A stretch of 64,000 bases of DNA. It comes from Trueperaceae bacterium (lineage in GTDB: Bacteria > Deinococcota > Deinococci > Deinococcales > Trueperaceae). The notes under the pieces were generated by a model that saw only the letters and a program-made list of their open reading frames with translations, made no database searches and was not told the origin of the DNA. A program made the translations under genes and the position numbers. Below, in pieces: positions 10,064 to 19,398 of this stretch (position 1 is the first letter of the stretch; each line of letters starts with the position of its first letter). The stretch covers positions 1,760,001 through 1,824,000 of the forward strand of contig OZ243913.1 in assembly GCA_965213705.1 (NCBI GenBank), in the 5' to 3' direction.

Positions 10064-10190
10064 TTACGGTGAAGCGCCCCTGTAGCAAGCTCGAGCCTGT
10101 ACCCTACCGGCCTTGAAAGTGCTCGTCATGCCAACGCCGACTTTGAGAGGAGCGCTCGAGCCGTGCCCGAATGAATGCTAAACTCTGAGC

Positions 10191-11573
10191 ATGACACCTA
10201 CAACCGAAGTGCCGTGGCTGGACGAGTTGTTTTCGCTGTTGCAGCCCGACCAGGTAAGTACGGGGGCGTCGGTGCTCGAGACCCATTCCAAGGGCGAGTC
10301 CTACGACGAGGCCACCCTGCCCGAGGCGGTCGTGTTCCCCGAAATGACCGAGGACGTGCAACGGGTGATGCGCTTTGCCTATCAGCACGGCGTACCGGTC
10401 ACGCCGGTCGCGGTGAACTCGTCGTTGGAAGGCCACACGGTGCCGGTCAAGGGCGGGATTTCGCTCGACCTGACCCGCATGAACCACGTCGTGGAGTTTT
10501 GCGCCGAAGACCTGCTCATCGTCGTGCAACCGGCGGTCACTTACCCGCAGGTGAACGAACACGTCGGGCGCAGCGGGCTGTTTTTCCCCATCGACCCCGG
10601 CGCGCACGCGTCCATAGGCGGCATGGTGGCGACGAACGCGTCGGGCACGATGGCGGTGCGCTACGGCGTCACCGCGGACTTCGTGCTCGGTTTGGAGGTC
10701 GTCACGCCGACGGGCGAGATTATTCGCACGGGCTCACGGGCGCGCAAAAGCTCCTCGGGCTACAACCTCACCCGACTTTACTGCGGCTCGGAAGGCACGC
10801 TGGGCGTGGTCACCCAAATCACCCTGCGCCTGACCGGTCTGCCCGAAGCCTCGAGCGCGGCGCGGGTGCCGTTCAAAGATGCCGACAGCGCGACCGCCTT
10901 TGTCACGAGCCTCATCCAGGCGGGGCTGCCCGTGGCGCGCTGCGAAATCGTCGACCCTGTCAGCATCCGCGCGGTGAACGCCTACCAGAACACCGTCTAC
11001 CCCGAAGAGATGACGATTTTTTTAGAGTTTCAGGGCAACCCCGACGGCGTGCGGGCGGACGCGGCGCTGGCCCGGGAGTTGGCGCACGAGCACGGGGCGC
11101 TATCCTTCGACGCGAGCAGCGACCCGGCGGAACGGGCCAAGCTGTGGGAAGCGCGCCACAAGATGTTCTACGCCGCCGTCGCCGCCAACCCGGGGCGGCG
11201 CAGCGTCGTCACCGACGTAACCGTGCCGATTTCCGAACTACCCGAAGCGGTGCAGGTCGCTCTGGACGCCTGCGAAACCCACCACCTCACGGCTTACATG
11301 GTCGGGCACGTCGGTGACGGTAACTTTCACCTAGCCATCTTTTTCGACCGCGGCGACGCGGACGCCCTGACCCGGGTAGAAGCGGTCGGCCACACCATGA
11401 TCAAGCACGCCCTTTCGGTCGGCGGCACGTCGACGGGCGAGCACGGCGTGGGCCTGCGCAAGCTCAAGTACATGGTTGAAGAACACGGCGCGGCCCTGGA
11501 CGTGATGTGGGCGCTCAAAAACGCGCTCGACCCGAAAGGAATCATGAACCCGGGTAAAAAGTTGCCCGCGTAA
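10191..11573 (+). CDS. FAD-linked oxidase (D-lactate dehydrogenase/GlcD family)
   Basis: DPGA..SIGGMVATNASG, GHVGDGNFH, GEHGVG, DPKGIMNPGK. Confidence 0.92.
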   Translation: MTPTTEVPWLDELFSLLQPDQVSTGASVLETHSKGESYDEATLPEAVVFPEMTEDVQRVMRFAYQHGVPVTPVAVNSSLEGHTVPVKGGISLDLTRMNHVVEFCAEDLLIVVQPAVTYPQVNEHVGRSGLFFPIDPGAHASIGGMVATNASGTMAVRYGVTADFVLGLEVVTPTGEIIRTGSRARKSSSGYNLTRLYCGSEGTLGVVTQITLRLTGLPEASSAARVPFKDADSATAFVTSLIQAGLPVARCEIVDPVSIRAVNAYQNTVYPEEMTIFLEFQGNPDGVRADAALARELAHEHGALSFDASSDPAERAKLWEARHKMFYAAVAANPGRRSVVTDVTVPISELPEAVQVALDACETHHLTAYMVGHVGDGNFHLAIFFDRGDADALTRVEAVGHTMIKHALSVGGTSTGEHGVGLRKLKYMVEEHGAALDVMWALKNALDPKGIMNPGKKLPA

Positions 11574-11588
11574 AAACCCGGTTTCAAG

Positions 11589-12263
11589 CTAGTCACCCTC
11601 GTCCCTTTTTGGGTTCGGCGGGGAAACGGTGTGAGTGGCGGGCTGAGGAACGGGGCGGGCGACGGGGCGGGCGACAGGAACTCCGGGACGTTCGGTGCCG
11701 CGTTCAGAGAGGGCGACGAAAAGGCGTTGCAAACGGGGGCGCGCCCTGCCGAGCAAAAAAGCGAGCGGTAAAACGAGCGCGAGCGACATCACCAAAAGCG
11801 CGTCCGACTGCAAAAAGGTTTCTCCGAACCAAGCGCTGGCGACGAGCCACGGCAGCCGGGCCACCATCGCCGCGAGCCACAACTGGCCGATGGGCAACGC
11901 GCTCAGACCCGCCGCGGCGACGGCGAAGTCCAGGTTGAGGACAAAAAAGAGCAGCCCCCAGACGAACACTGAGCGAATACCGAGCAACTCTTCCCACTGC
12001 TTCCACGCTTCGGGCCGCACGAGCCTGAGCAGCAAAGGCCGCCCGACGAGCCGCGCTAAGCTCAAAGCGGTCAGCGCGCCGATGCCGAGCCCGATGACGC
12101 CGTAACCTACCGCCGGAAGGAAACCGAAGGCCGTACCGCCGAGTGCGCCGATGAGGGGCGTAGGGATAAAGGGCAGCAGCGCCGCCATCACAAAGCTGAA
12201 AATATAGTAAAGCGGCCCGTACAGCCCCGCGCTGGTGATGAAAGTCGTCAAAAGGTCGGTCAT
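11589..12263 (-). CDS. TVP38/TMEM64 (VTT/DedA superfamily) membrane protein
   Basis: Hydrophobic; PFIP...GGTAFG...AR.VGR pattern. Confidence 0.8.
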   Translation of the reverse strand: MTDLLTTFITSAGLYGPLYYIFSFVMAALLPFIPTPLIGALGGTAFGFLPAVGYGVIGLGIGALTALSLARLVGRPLLLRLVRPEAWKQWEELLGIRSVFVWGLLFFVLNLDFAVAAAGLSALPIGQLWLAAMVARLPWLVASAWFGETFLQSDALLVMSLALVLPLAFLLGRARPRLQRLFVALSERGTERPGVPVARPVARPVPQPATHTVSPPNPKRDEGD

Positions 12264-12392
12264 GGTTAGGTTTGGGGGGTTCCGGGGGCGGTGAACATAA
12301 GGGGCAGTCTACCGCCCAGTGTAGTCGGTCGCGTCCGCCCGACGTATGAAGAAGCGTAAAGGCGTCTTAACCCTGTGCTACGCTGGGCTCCC

Positions 12393-13364
12393 ATGAGCGT
12401 TTATCCCCTGAAACTGCGGCCTACGCCGAGCGAACGACTGTGGGGCGGCGACCGTCTGAAGCGGTTCGTGCCGGGTTTTGCCAATTTGACGACGAGGGAG
12501 CCCCTGGGCGAGGCGTGGCTCGTCTACGCCGAGAACGAAGTCTTGAACGGGCTGCACGAGGGGCGCACGCTGCAGGCGGTCGCGGACGAACTGGGGGAGC
12601 GGTTGCTGGGCACCCACAGCGTCGCCCGCTACGGTACCCAAGTCCCGCTGCTGGCAAAGTTTTTGGACGCTGCCGACAAGCTTTCGGTGCAAGTCCACCC
12701 CGACGACCAGTACGCTCGAGCGCACGAGGCCGACACGGGCTACTTGGGCAAGACCGAAGCCTGGTACATCCTGGCCGCGGAGCCGGGCGCGAGCATCGTC
12801 TGGGACGTCAAAAAAGACGTCACCAAAGAGGCGATTCGCGCGGCCGTCGCAGAGGGCACGCTGGAAAACCTGCTGAGGGTCGTTCCGGTCCAGGCGGGCG
12901 ACGTGGTCTACAACCCGGCGGGGACCCTTCACGCACTTGGGGCGGGCGTTTTGCTGTTCGAAATCCAGCAGTCGAGCGACCTCACCTACCGACTTTACGA
13001 CTACGGACGCACGGACGCTTCGGGCAAGGAGCGCGAACTGCACGTCGACAAAGGCTTGGAGGTGCTGACCTTCCAAACCGACCGCGACGCCAAGGTGCCA
13101 CCCCGGCAACTGTCCGAACACGTCACGCAACTCGTACGTTCGAACTTTTTCGTGATGGAAAAGTGGGAGGTCGTCGAAACCTTGCGGAGTGCGACCGCGC
13201 CGACGAGTCTGGAAACCCTGACGGTCCTCGAGGGCGAAATAACCGTGACGGCGGCGGGCGAAAGCGTCACGCTTGCCCGTGCCGAGTCGGCGGCGCTGCC
13301 CGCACTGCTGGGGCCGTACCAACTTGCGGGCCGCGGGACGCTGCTGCGCTGCTATCTACCGTAA
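12393..13364 (+). CDS. manA: Class I mannose-6-phosphate isomerase
   Basis: WGG, LSVQVHPDD, GKTEAWY, EIQQSSDLTYRLYDYGR. Confidence 0.9.
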   Translation: MSVYPLKLRPTPSERLWGGDRLKRFVPGFANLTTREPLGEAWLVYAENEVLNGLHEGRTLQAVADELGERLLGTHSVARYGTQVPLLAKFLDAADKLSVQVHPDDQYARAHEADTGYLGKTEAWYILAAEPGASIVWDVKKDVTKEAIRAAVAEGTLENLLRVVPVQAGDVVYNPAGTLHALGAGVLLFEIQQSSDLTYRLYDYGRTDASGKERELHVDKGLEVLTFQTDRDAKVPPRQLSEHVTQLVRSNFFVMEKWEVVETLRSATAPTSLETLTVLEGEITVTAAGESVTLARAESAALPALLGPYQLAGRGTLLRCYLP

Positions 13365-13598
13365 CTGACAGCGTTCCAAAGTTTTTCGTTGTTCGCTTGA
13401 TAAACTAGCAGTTCTGCAAGTAGAGATGCAGCGCCGAATGAGGGCCAAGACGGGATGAGTTCTCCTCGCTCGTCGACAAGGGGTTGCAACCCCTCGTTCG
13501 AACTTCGGGGCTTTTTCGAGTGAGTTGTTACCCGCTCTCAGGCTCACGTGTGGCGCGGACGGCACGGCGTCGGCGTTCAGGGGGCTACCCTTGACGGT

Positions 13599-15392
13599 AT
13601 GACCGAAGACCGCGCCGAAACCTCACCCAGCCGCGTCTCAGGCGCAGCCGGTCAATCCCTCGCCGACAGCCTCAGCAAGCTGTGGACATTGCTCCGGCCC
13701 AGAAAGTGGCAGGTGCTCGGCTTGTCGCTGTTGCTGTCGCTGACGGCGGTGCTGGCGCAGTTGAGCCCGCAGTTCGTCCGCATCGTCATCGACGACCTCA
13801 TCCCGCGTGGCGAGCCGCGCTTGTTTTTGCTCATGGCGGCGGGGCTGGTTTTGTTTTACCTGGTGAGCGCCGCTGTCGGCTACGCGGCGATGTACTACAG
13901 TTACGCGTTTACCCAAGCGGTCATCAGCGACGTGCGTTTGAAGGCGTACGGGTCGCTGCTCGCTTTGCCGCTGGAACGCTTTACCAAGGAGCGCTCCGGC
14001 TCGCTCGTGTCGCGGGTGGTGTCGGACGTGAACGCCCTCGAGACCATGATTCAGTCGGGGGCGTCGCGGCTGCTGGGCCAACTGTTCAGCGTGCTTGTCG
14101 TGCTCGGGATTTTGTTCTGGATGAACTCCTCCCTCGCCCTGGTGAGCATCGTCATTGTCGCGGTGATGGTGGTTATCACCGCGCTGTTCCAGGGGCCGCT
14201 GCGCGCCTCGGCGCGGCGCATCCGAGCCCGCGTCGGCGACCTCACCGCGACAGCGACCGAGGCTATCGGCAACATCGCCGTCGTGAAAGTATTCGCCAAC
14301 GAAGCGTTGGAACTGCAGCGCTTTCGGCGCGACAACGACGACTACGTCCGGCTCAACTTGGGCCGCCGCAAACAGGTCGGCGCGATGGAGGGTTTGGTCG
14401 AACTGGGCTCGCAACTCGGCCTGGCGGGGTTGCTGCTGTTGGGCGCGTGGTTCGTCGTCGGCGGGAGTTTGAGCATCGGCGAACTGTCGGCGTTTTTGCT
14501 GTATTTACGCAACCTCATCGGGCCGGTGATGTCGGTGATGTTTTTCAACAACGCGCTGCAGAGCGGTCTGGCCGCGCTCGAGCGGGTGACCGAGTTGCTG
14601 GAAGACCGTCCCGAAACCGAGGGCGACGCGGTCGACATTGCCGACACGACCCTGGCGTTCGATGACGTCCGCTTTACCTATCCCGGCGACGAGACCGAAG
14701 CGCTCCGGGGCTTGAACTTGAGGCTCGAGCCGGGCGAGACCGTCGCCCTGGTGGGGCCGTCGGGCGCGGGCAAGAGCACGGTGACCAAACTCCTGAGCCG
14801 CCTGTACGACCCGTCGGGGGGCCGGGTGACCCTCGGGGGCCGCGACCTGCGCACCTACCGGCTGAAAACGCTGCGCCAGACCGTCGCCCACGTGCCCCAG
14901 GAACCCACGCTGTTTTCGGGCACGGTGGCGGAGAACATCCGCTACGCCAAACCCGACGCGACGCCCGCCGAGGTGCGCCGCGCCGCCGAACTCGCCAACG
15001 CGCACGCCTTTGTCGAGGCCTTGCCGAGCGGCTACGACACCGAAATCGGCGAGCGCGGCGTCAAACTCTCGGGCGGCCAAAAACAGCGCGTCGCCATCGC
15101 CCGCGCCATCCTCAAAGGTGCCCGAGTCCTGGTGCTGGACGAAGCGACGTCGAGCCTCGACAGCGAGTCCGAGGCGCTCATCCAGGACGCGCTCGAGGGG
15201 ATATGGCAACGCCAGGGGGCGACGAGTCTCGTCATCGCCCACCGGCTGTCGACGGTTCAAAACGCCGACCGGATTTTCGTGCTGGACCAAGGCCGCGTGG
15301 TCGAGGCGGGCACGCACCGGCAACTGCTGGCGCGGGGCGGGCTGTACCGGACGCTCTACGACTTGCAGTTTAAAGAGGAGAAAGCGGCTTGA
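13599..15392 (+). CDS. ABC exporter, fused permease/ATPase (MdlB/MsbA-like)
   Basis: 6 TM; GPSGAGKST, LSGGQKQR, LDEATSSLD, IAHRLST. Confidence 0.93.
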   Translation: MTEDRAETSPSRVSGAAGQSLADSLSKLWTLLRPRKWQVLGLSLLLSLTAVLAQLSPQFVRIVIDDLIPRGEPRLFLLMAAGLVLFYLVSAAVGYAAMYYSYAFTQAVISDVRLKAYGSLLALPLERFTKERSGSLVSRVVSDVNALETMIQSGASRLLGQLFSVLVVLGILFWMNSSLALVSIVIVAVMVVITALFQGPLRASARRIRARVGDLTATATEAIGNIAVVKVFANEALELQRFRRDNDDYVRLNLGRRKQVGAMEGLVELGSQLGLAGLLLLGAWFVVGGSLSIGELSAFLLYLRNLIGPVMSVMFFNNALQSGLAALERVTELLEDRPETEGDAVDIADTTLAFDDVRFTYPGDETEALRGLNLRLEPGETVALVGPSGAGKSTVTKLLSRLYDPSGGRVTLGGRDLRTYRLKTLRQTVAHVPQEPTLFSGTVAENIRYAKPDATPAEVRRAAELANAHAFVEALPSGYDTEIGERGVKLSGGQKQRVAIARAILKGARVLVLDEATSSLDSESEALIQDALEGIWQRQGATSLVIAHRLSTVQNADRIFVLDQGRVVEAGTHRQLLARGGLYRTLYDLQFKEEKAA

Positions 15393-15422
15393 CGGCGGGG
15401 CGGGCTTAGGACCCGCCCCTTT

Positions 15423-16295
15423 TTACGGCAGGGTCGCGGGTGGACGGGCTCGAGCCTTGAGCGCCCGCAGCACGTCGGCCGGGTCCTCATAAACACGGTG
15501 CCGTTTGAACGAGGTGCAGAGCGACACCACGTCGCGCTCCAGCAATTCCCACGCGTGGCTGTTTTCTTCGACGCTCACCACCTGCGGAAAGTCGATGACG
15601 ACGACCCTGCCCTGCCACCACAGCAGGTTGTAGGTCGAAAAGTCGCCGTGAACCTTGCCGAGGTCCAAAAACTTCACCAGGATGTCCAAGCTTTGTGCCC
15701 AAGCTGCCTGCGCCTCGTCGGGCGGCAGCCGGGTGTCGGAGAGTCGGGGTGCGGCGTGGTCGCGGGTGCCGATAAACTCCATCAGCACGGTGTGTCCCGA
15801 CTCGATAATGTCGCTCGAGTCGGGGCCGACGGCCGGTTTGGGCACGGGTAAACCCGCCTCGAACAGTTCCCACATCTGCCGATACTCCTCGTACACCCAC
15901 ATGGCTTGTTGGGCTTGCAGGCCGTTCAGGGAGCGCTGGTTGATGGCTTTTTTGATGCGCGCGTCGGCAACGTAGCGGCCCTGGCGGTAGACGTTGTCCT
16001 TGCGAAACGACCGCACCGCCAAGTCGCTGTAGACCTTGGCCGCGAGAAGTCCCTGCGGACCTTCGGCTAAGTACACGGTCGCCTCTTTGCCGCTTTTGAG
16101 TTCGCCCAGGACGGCGTTCAAAAAACCGCGCTCGAGCAGCCGCTGCAGACTGGCGTCGCTAAAGGTCGCGTCGCCCGGCGCGTCCGCGGGAGCGTGGAGC
16201 TGTTTGACCGAGCGCTTACTTTTGGGTTTGCGCCGGTCTTTGCGGCGGCTGAAACTCTCTTCGGCGTCGGCGTAGTCGTTGCGGACTTTCTTCAA
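15423..16295 (-). CDS. RIO1-family atypical kinase/ATPase
   Basis: LKSGKEATVY, AAKVY, VHGDFSTYNLL, IDFPQ; GGAGG before TTG at 16295. Confidence 0.9.
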   Translation of the reverse strand: MKKVRNDYADAEESFSRRKDRRKPKSKRSVKQLHAPADAPGDATFSDASLQRLLERGFLNAVLGELKSGKEATVYLAEGPQGLLAAKVYSDLAVRSFRKDNVYRQGRYVADARIKKAINQRSLNGLQAQQAMWVYEEYRQMWELFEAGLPVPKPAVGPDSSDIIESGHTVLMEFIGTRDHAAPRLSDTRLPPDEAQAAWAQSLDILVKFLDLGKVHGDFSTYNLLWWQGRVVVIDFPQVVSVEENSHAWELLERDVVSLCTSFKRHRVYEDPADVLRALKARARPPATLP

Positions 16296-16494
16296 GGTTT
16301 CCTCCGGGGAAGTGAGTAGCGTGGTTGCAGGGCGTGTCCGTTCCAAATCGGCTCATGACGGCCACCTCACGCCGAGCAGGTTCTCAAGACCAAGTTAACT
16401 GGGAGTTGTGCAAACTAGACACTGCGGACCGTACCCGAGACGAACTAAACCTCGCAACGTTGGGGGTGTCGCCCTTGATAAGTTGTCACCGGAG

Positions 16495-16551
16495 TCAAAG
16501 GCTGAACTTCAGGGCAGACGGGCGTGCGGCTGTGCGCATAAGTTGGACCAT
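16495..16551 (-). CDS. Putative 18-aa leader peptide (uORF) MVQLMRTAARPSALKFSL
   Basis: Strong SD GGGAGGTG about 9 nt upstream, just downstream of a sigma70-like promoter. Confidence 0.5.
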   Translation of the reverse strand: MVQLMRTAARPSALKFSL

Positions 16552-16583
16552 ACGACCATCACCTCCCTGGATTCGGTAGGGTC

Positions 16584-16613
16584 AGTATGCACGCCCTCGC
16601 ACGCTTTTGTCAA
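16584..16613 (-). promoter_or_regulatory. Sigma70-like promoter for the RIO kinase leader
   Basis: TTGACA-N18-CATACT on the minus strand. Confidence 0.6.
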
Positions 16614-16635
16614 TCTCGGCGGCTTATACTTGGCT

Positions 16636-17583
16636 GTGCTCGAGCTTGTCCAAGATGACATCCAGGAATTCGAAAGCCGGTTGCTGCAAGAACTCAGGTC
16701 CTCGGTCGAGTTTATCGAGGCCATCGGCGAAAACTTGGCGAGCGCGGGCGGCAAACGCCTCCGGCCCGGCCTCGCCTTTTTGGCGGGTCGCCTGCTCCGC
16801 ACCGACTTAGAGACCGCCATGAAGGTCGCGCTGTCGGTCGAACTGCTGCACTCGGCGTCGCTGCTGCACGACGACCTCATCGACGACGCCGACACGCGCC
16901 GCGGCCACGAAGCCGCCTTCCGGCGCTACGGCAACGTGGTGAGCGTGATGTCGGGCGACTACCTCCTCGCCAAGGTGCTGGGTTTGCTCGCCAAGGCCGA
17001 CACGGCCGCGTTCACGGCGCTCATGTCGGACACCGCCGCGCACATTTGCGAGGGCGAGGTGTTGCAGTTTCAAATGGCGACTTTAGAGACCTACTCGTTC
17101 GAGGATTACTTCCGCATCATCGAAGGCAAAACGGCCGCGCTGTTTGCCGCGGCGCTTACCGGTGTGGCGCTGCTTGCGCAGGCCCCGGTCGAGGCGCAGA
17201 ACGCCCTACGCACCTTTGGGCTGAGTTACGGGCGCGCGTTTCAGCTGCAGGACGACTACCTGGACTTGCTCGGCGACGAGGCCACGTTGGGCAAACCCGT
17301 CGGCGGCGACCTGCGCGAGGGCAAGGCGACCTACCCGACCCTGGTGCTGCTCGAGCAAAACGTGCTCGAGGCCCGCACCATCTTGTCGCGGCACGCGCAA
17401 AAAGAGGGCGACGTGGCGCGCATGGTCGAACTCGTTACGGAGTGCGGGGCCGACCGCAAAACGCGCGAGCGCATCGTGACCGAAGCTCAAACGGCTGTCG
17501 ACGCGCTTGCGGTGTTCCCCGACGGCGCGGCCAAAACCCAACTTGTGAAGTTGGCTGAGCGGGAGATAGGGCGGGCCAAGTAA
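16636..17583 (+). CDS. Polyprenyl diphosphate synthase
   Basis: GGKRLRP, LHDDLID...RRG, FQLQDDYLD, GKPVGGDLREGK; TATACT just before GTG. Confidence 0.93.
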   Translation: MLELVQDDIQEFESRLLQELRSSVEFIEAIGENLASAGGKRLRPGLAFLAGRLLRTDLETAMKVALSVELLHSASLLHDDLIDDADTRRGHEAAFRRYGNVVSVMSGDYLLAKVLGLLAKADTAAFTALMSDTAAHICEGEVLQFQMATLETYSFEDYFRIIEGKTAALFAAALTGVALLAQAPVEAQNALRTFGLSYGRAFQLQDDYLDLLGDEATLGKPVGGDLREGKATYPTLVLLEQNVLEARTILSRHAQKEGDVARMVELVTECGADRKTRERIVTEAQTAVDALAVFPDGAAKTQLVKLAEREIGRAK

Positions 17584-17642
17584 GGGTCCAGCGTTTTTCG
17601 GTAGACATCTTCAACCCTACGACCAACCCGGCGGCACACCTG

Positions 17643-17679
17643 ATACGGATTCCGGTCCTACACCTACCGAACTCAAAGG
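17643..17679. repeat. Dispersed repeat terminus ATACGGATTCCGGTC, copy 2
   Basis: Matches 3594-3630. Confidence 0.65.
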
Positions 17680-17809
17680 GGCTTTTACCTTCAGTCCGCA
17701 AAAGTTTATTCTCGCCCTGCTTGGACTAACAGAGGTCATGAACCGAAAAGGCTACTAGCGGCTATCTTTTTTTGAGACAAATTTTACGCCCTCCTGGTAT
17801 CATTATAAC

Positions 17810-17825
17810 TAACATATATATGTTA
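17810..17825. promoter_or_regulatory. Perfect 16-bp palindrome, putative operator
   Basis: TAACATATATATGTTA 24 nt upstream of the GGDEF-RHH start, flanked by CTGGTA copies. Confidence 0.6.
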
Positions 17826-17849
17826 CTGGTACTACCTAGGAGGCAAGAC

Positions 17850-18461
17850 ATGACCGCAAAAATTTCTCTCCTCTCTCGCCCCGCTTTCGAGGAAAAGTTT
17901 GCAGCCTTTGCCGACCAGCAGGTCAGCGTCGCCATGCTCGACCTCGACCATTTTATGCAAATCAACGAGGACTACGGCCACGCCGCCGGGGACGATGTTT
18001 TGCGGAGTTTGGAAAACGTCCTGACCGGCAGCTTGCCGAATGACGCCCTCGTCGGCCGTTTCGGGGGCGACGAGTACGCGGTCGCGCTGCCCGAAACGCC
18101 CGCCGAGGGTGCGCTTATCTTGCTGGAAGAAATCCGCAGCCACTTCTCGAGCCGCCAACCCGCTGCCAGCGTGCCGCGCAAGGTTCACCTGTCGGTCGGC
18201 ATCGCCAGCCGCCCGCCCCACGCCGAAACGGTACCCGAGTTGCTGCGCGCCGCTACCGAAGCGCTCTACCGCGCCAAGCGCGAGGGCAAAAGCCGCATCG
18301 CCATCTACACCGAGTCCAAGATGACCCTGAAGAGCAACTACTATTCCAAAGCGAGCTTAGAGCGCCTCACCAAACTCTCCGCCGCCCTCGACCGCACCGA
18401 GGCGAGCCTGTTGCGCGAGGCGCTGGACGACCTGTTTATCAAACACCGGGGCGAGTTGTGA
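17850..18461 (+). CDS. GGDEF-domain protein with C-terminal ribbon-helix-helix-like domain
   Basis: DLDHFMQINEDYGHAAGD, RFGGDEY, ALYRAKREGK; tail KMTLKSNYYSKASLERLTKLS...EASLLREALDDL; RBS AGGAGG. Confidence 0.85.
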   Translation: MTAKISLLSRPAFEEKFAAFADQQVSVAMLDLDHFMQINEDYGHAAGDDVLRSLENVLTGSLPNDALVGRFGGDEYAVALPETPAEGALILLEEIRSHFSSRQPAASVPRKVHLSVGIASRPPHAETVPELLRAATEALYRAKREGKSRIAIYTESKMTLKSNYYSKASLERLTKLSAALDRTEASLLREALDDLFIKHRGEL

Positions 18462-18685
18462 CCTATACCGAATTGCCGTCGCCCTGGCAGCTTTGTTCAG
18501 ACCTGGCTTGGGAGGCTTATCAGTCGGGTTCGCTGCCTATCGCGGCGGTCATCGTGGACGCCGAAGGTAAAGTGGTGGCGACCGGGCGCAACCGCATTGC
18601 TGAAAAACCGCGCCGCACCCGCAGGTTTGTAACGCCTCCCTGGCATACTCTTCCCTTGCGCGGCCCCACAACGAGCCGACCCTAG
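18458..18685 (+). pseudogene. Truncated nucleoside deaminase (TadA/guanine deaminase-like)
   Basis: LAWEAYQSGSLPIAAVIVD...GRNR N-terminus, but no HAE or PCxxC motifs before homology is lost. Confidence 0.7.
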
Positions 18686-18870
18686 ATACTTTCGGCGTCG
18701 GCGCGGTATGCTCGCCAGACAGGGCTACACCGTTGTAAAGACTGGATTGATGTAGAGCGGTGTGGACGAAGCTTGAGTAGCGGGGTTGCTGGCTGAGCAT
18801 TTGCTCGCCGTCGTTGGAGGTTCATGTCAGCTTCACAAACATCTGAAAAACCTTTAGGGCGTGTACGTTC

Positions 18871-19398
18871 ATGACGGAGGTGACCCCCGACGAGTCTCTC
18901 GTGCAACGCATGGCCGCTCGAGACGAAGACGCCCTGAGAGAGCTTCACCAACGCTACGCCCCTTACCTGAGCGCCGTTGCCAGGCGAATGCTGAAAGACC
19001 CCGACGAAGTTCAGCAGTGCGTGCAAGACGCGTTCGTCAACGCCTGGGACTACGCCGAACGCTACGACGTGGACAAAGCGAGCGCCAAAACTTGGCTCGT
19101 CACCATCTGTCACCGCCTCGCTATCAACCGCATTCGCGGCGGCAAACTGGACACCCTGCCGCTGCAACATTGGGACGCTCCCGTCCGCCATCCCGACCAC
19201 GTAGAAAGACTGTACGTCCAAGAAGCCGTCGCTACTTTGAGCGACGAGGACAGAGAACTTATCGAACTGGCTTTTTACCAGGGCTACTCGCACAGCCAGG
19301 TTGCCAAAGCCACCGGCAAACCGCTCGGCACCGTCAAGACGAAGCTGCGTAACGCGCTGCAAACGCTCCGTGAACACCTGACAGGAGGTGAGGCATGA
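18871..19398 (+). CDS. ECF RNA polymerase sigma factor (SigK-like)
   Basis: VQDAFVNAW, WLVTICHRLAINRIR, ELAFYQGYSHSQVA...PLGTVKTKLR. Confidence 0.93.
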   Translation: MTEVTPDESLVQRMAARDEDALRELHQRYAPYLSAVARRMLKDPDEVQQCVQDAFVNAWDYAERYDVDKASAKTWLVTICHRLAINRIRGGKLDTLPLQHWDAPVRHPDHVERLYVQEAVATLSDEDRELIELAFYQGYSHSQVAKATGKPLGTVKTKLRNALQTLREHLTGGEA

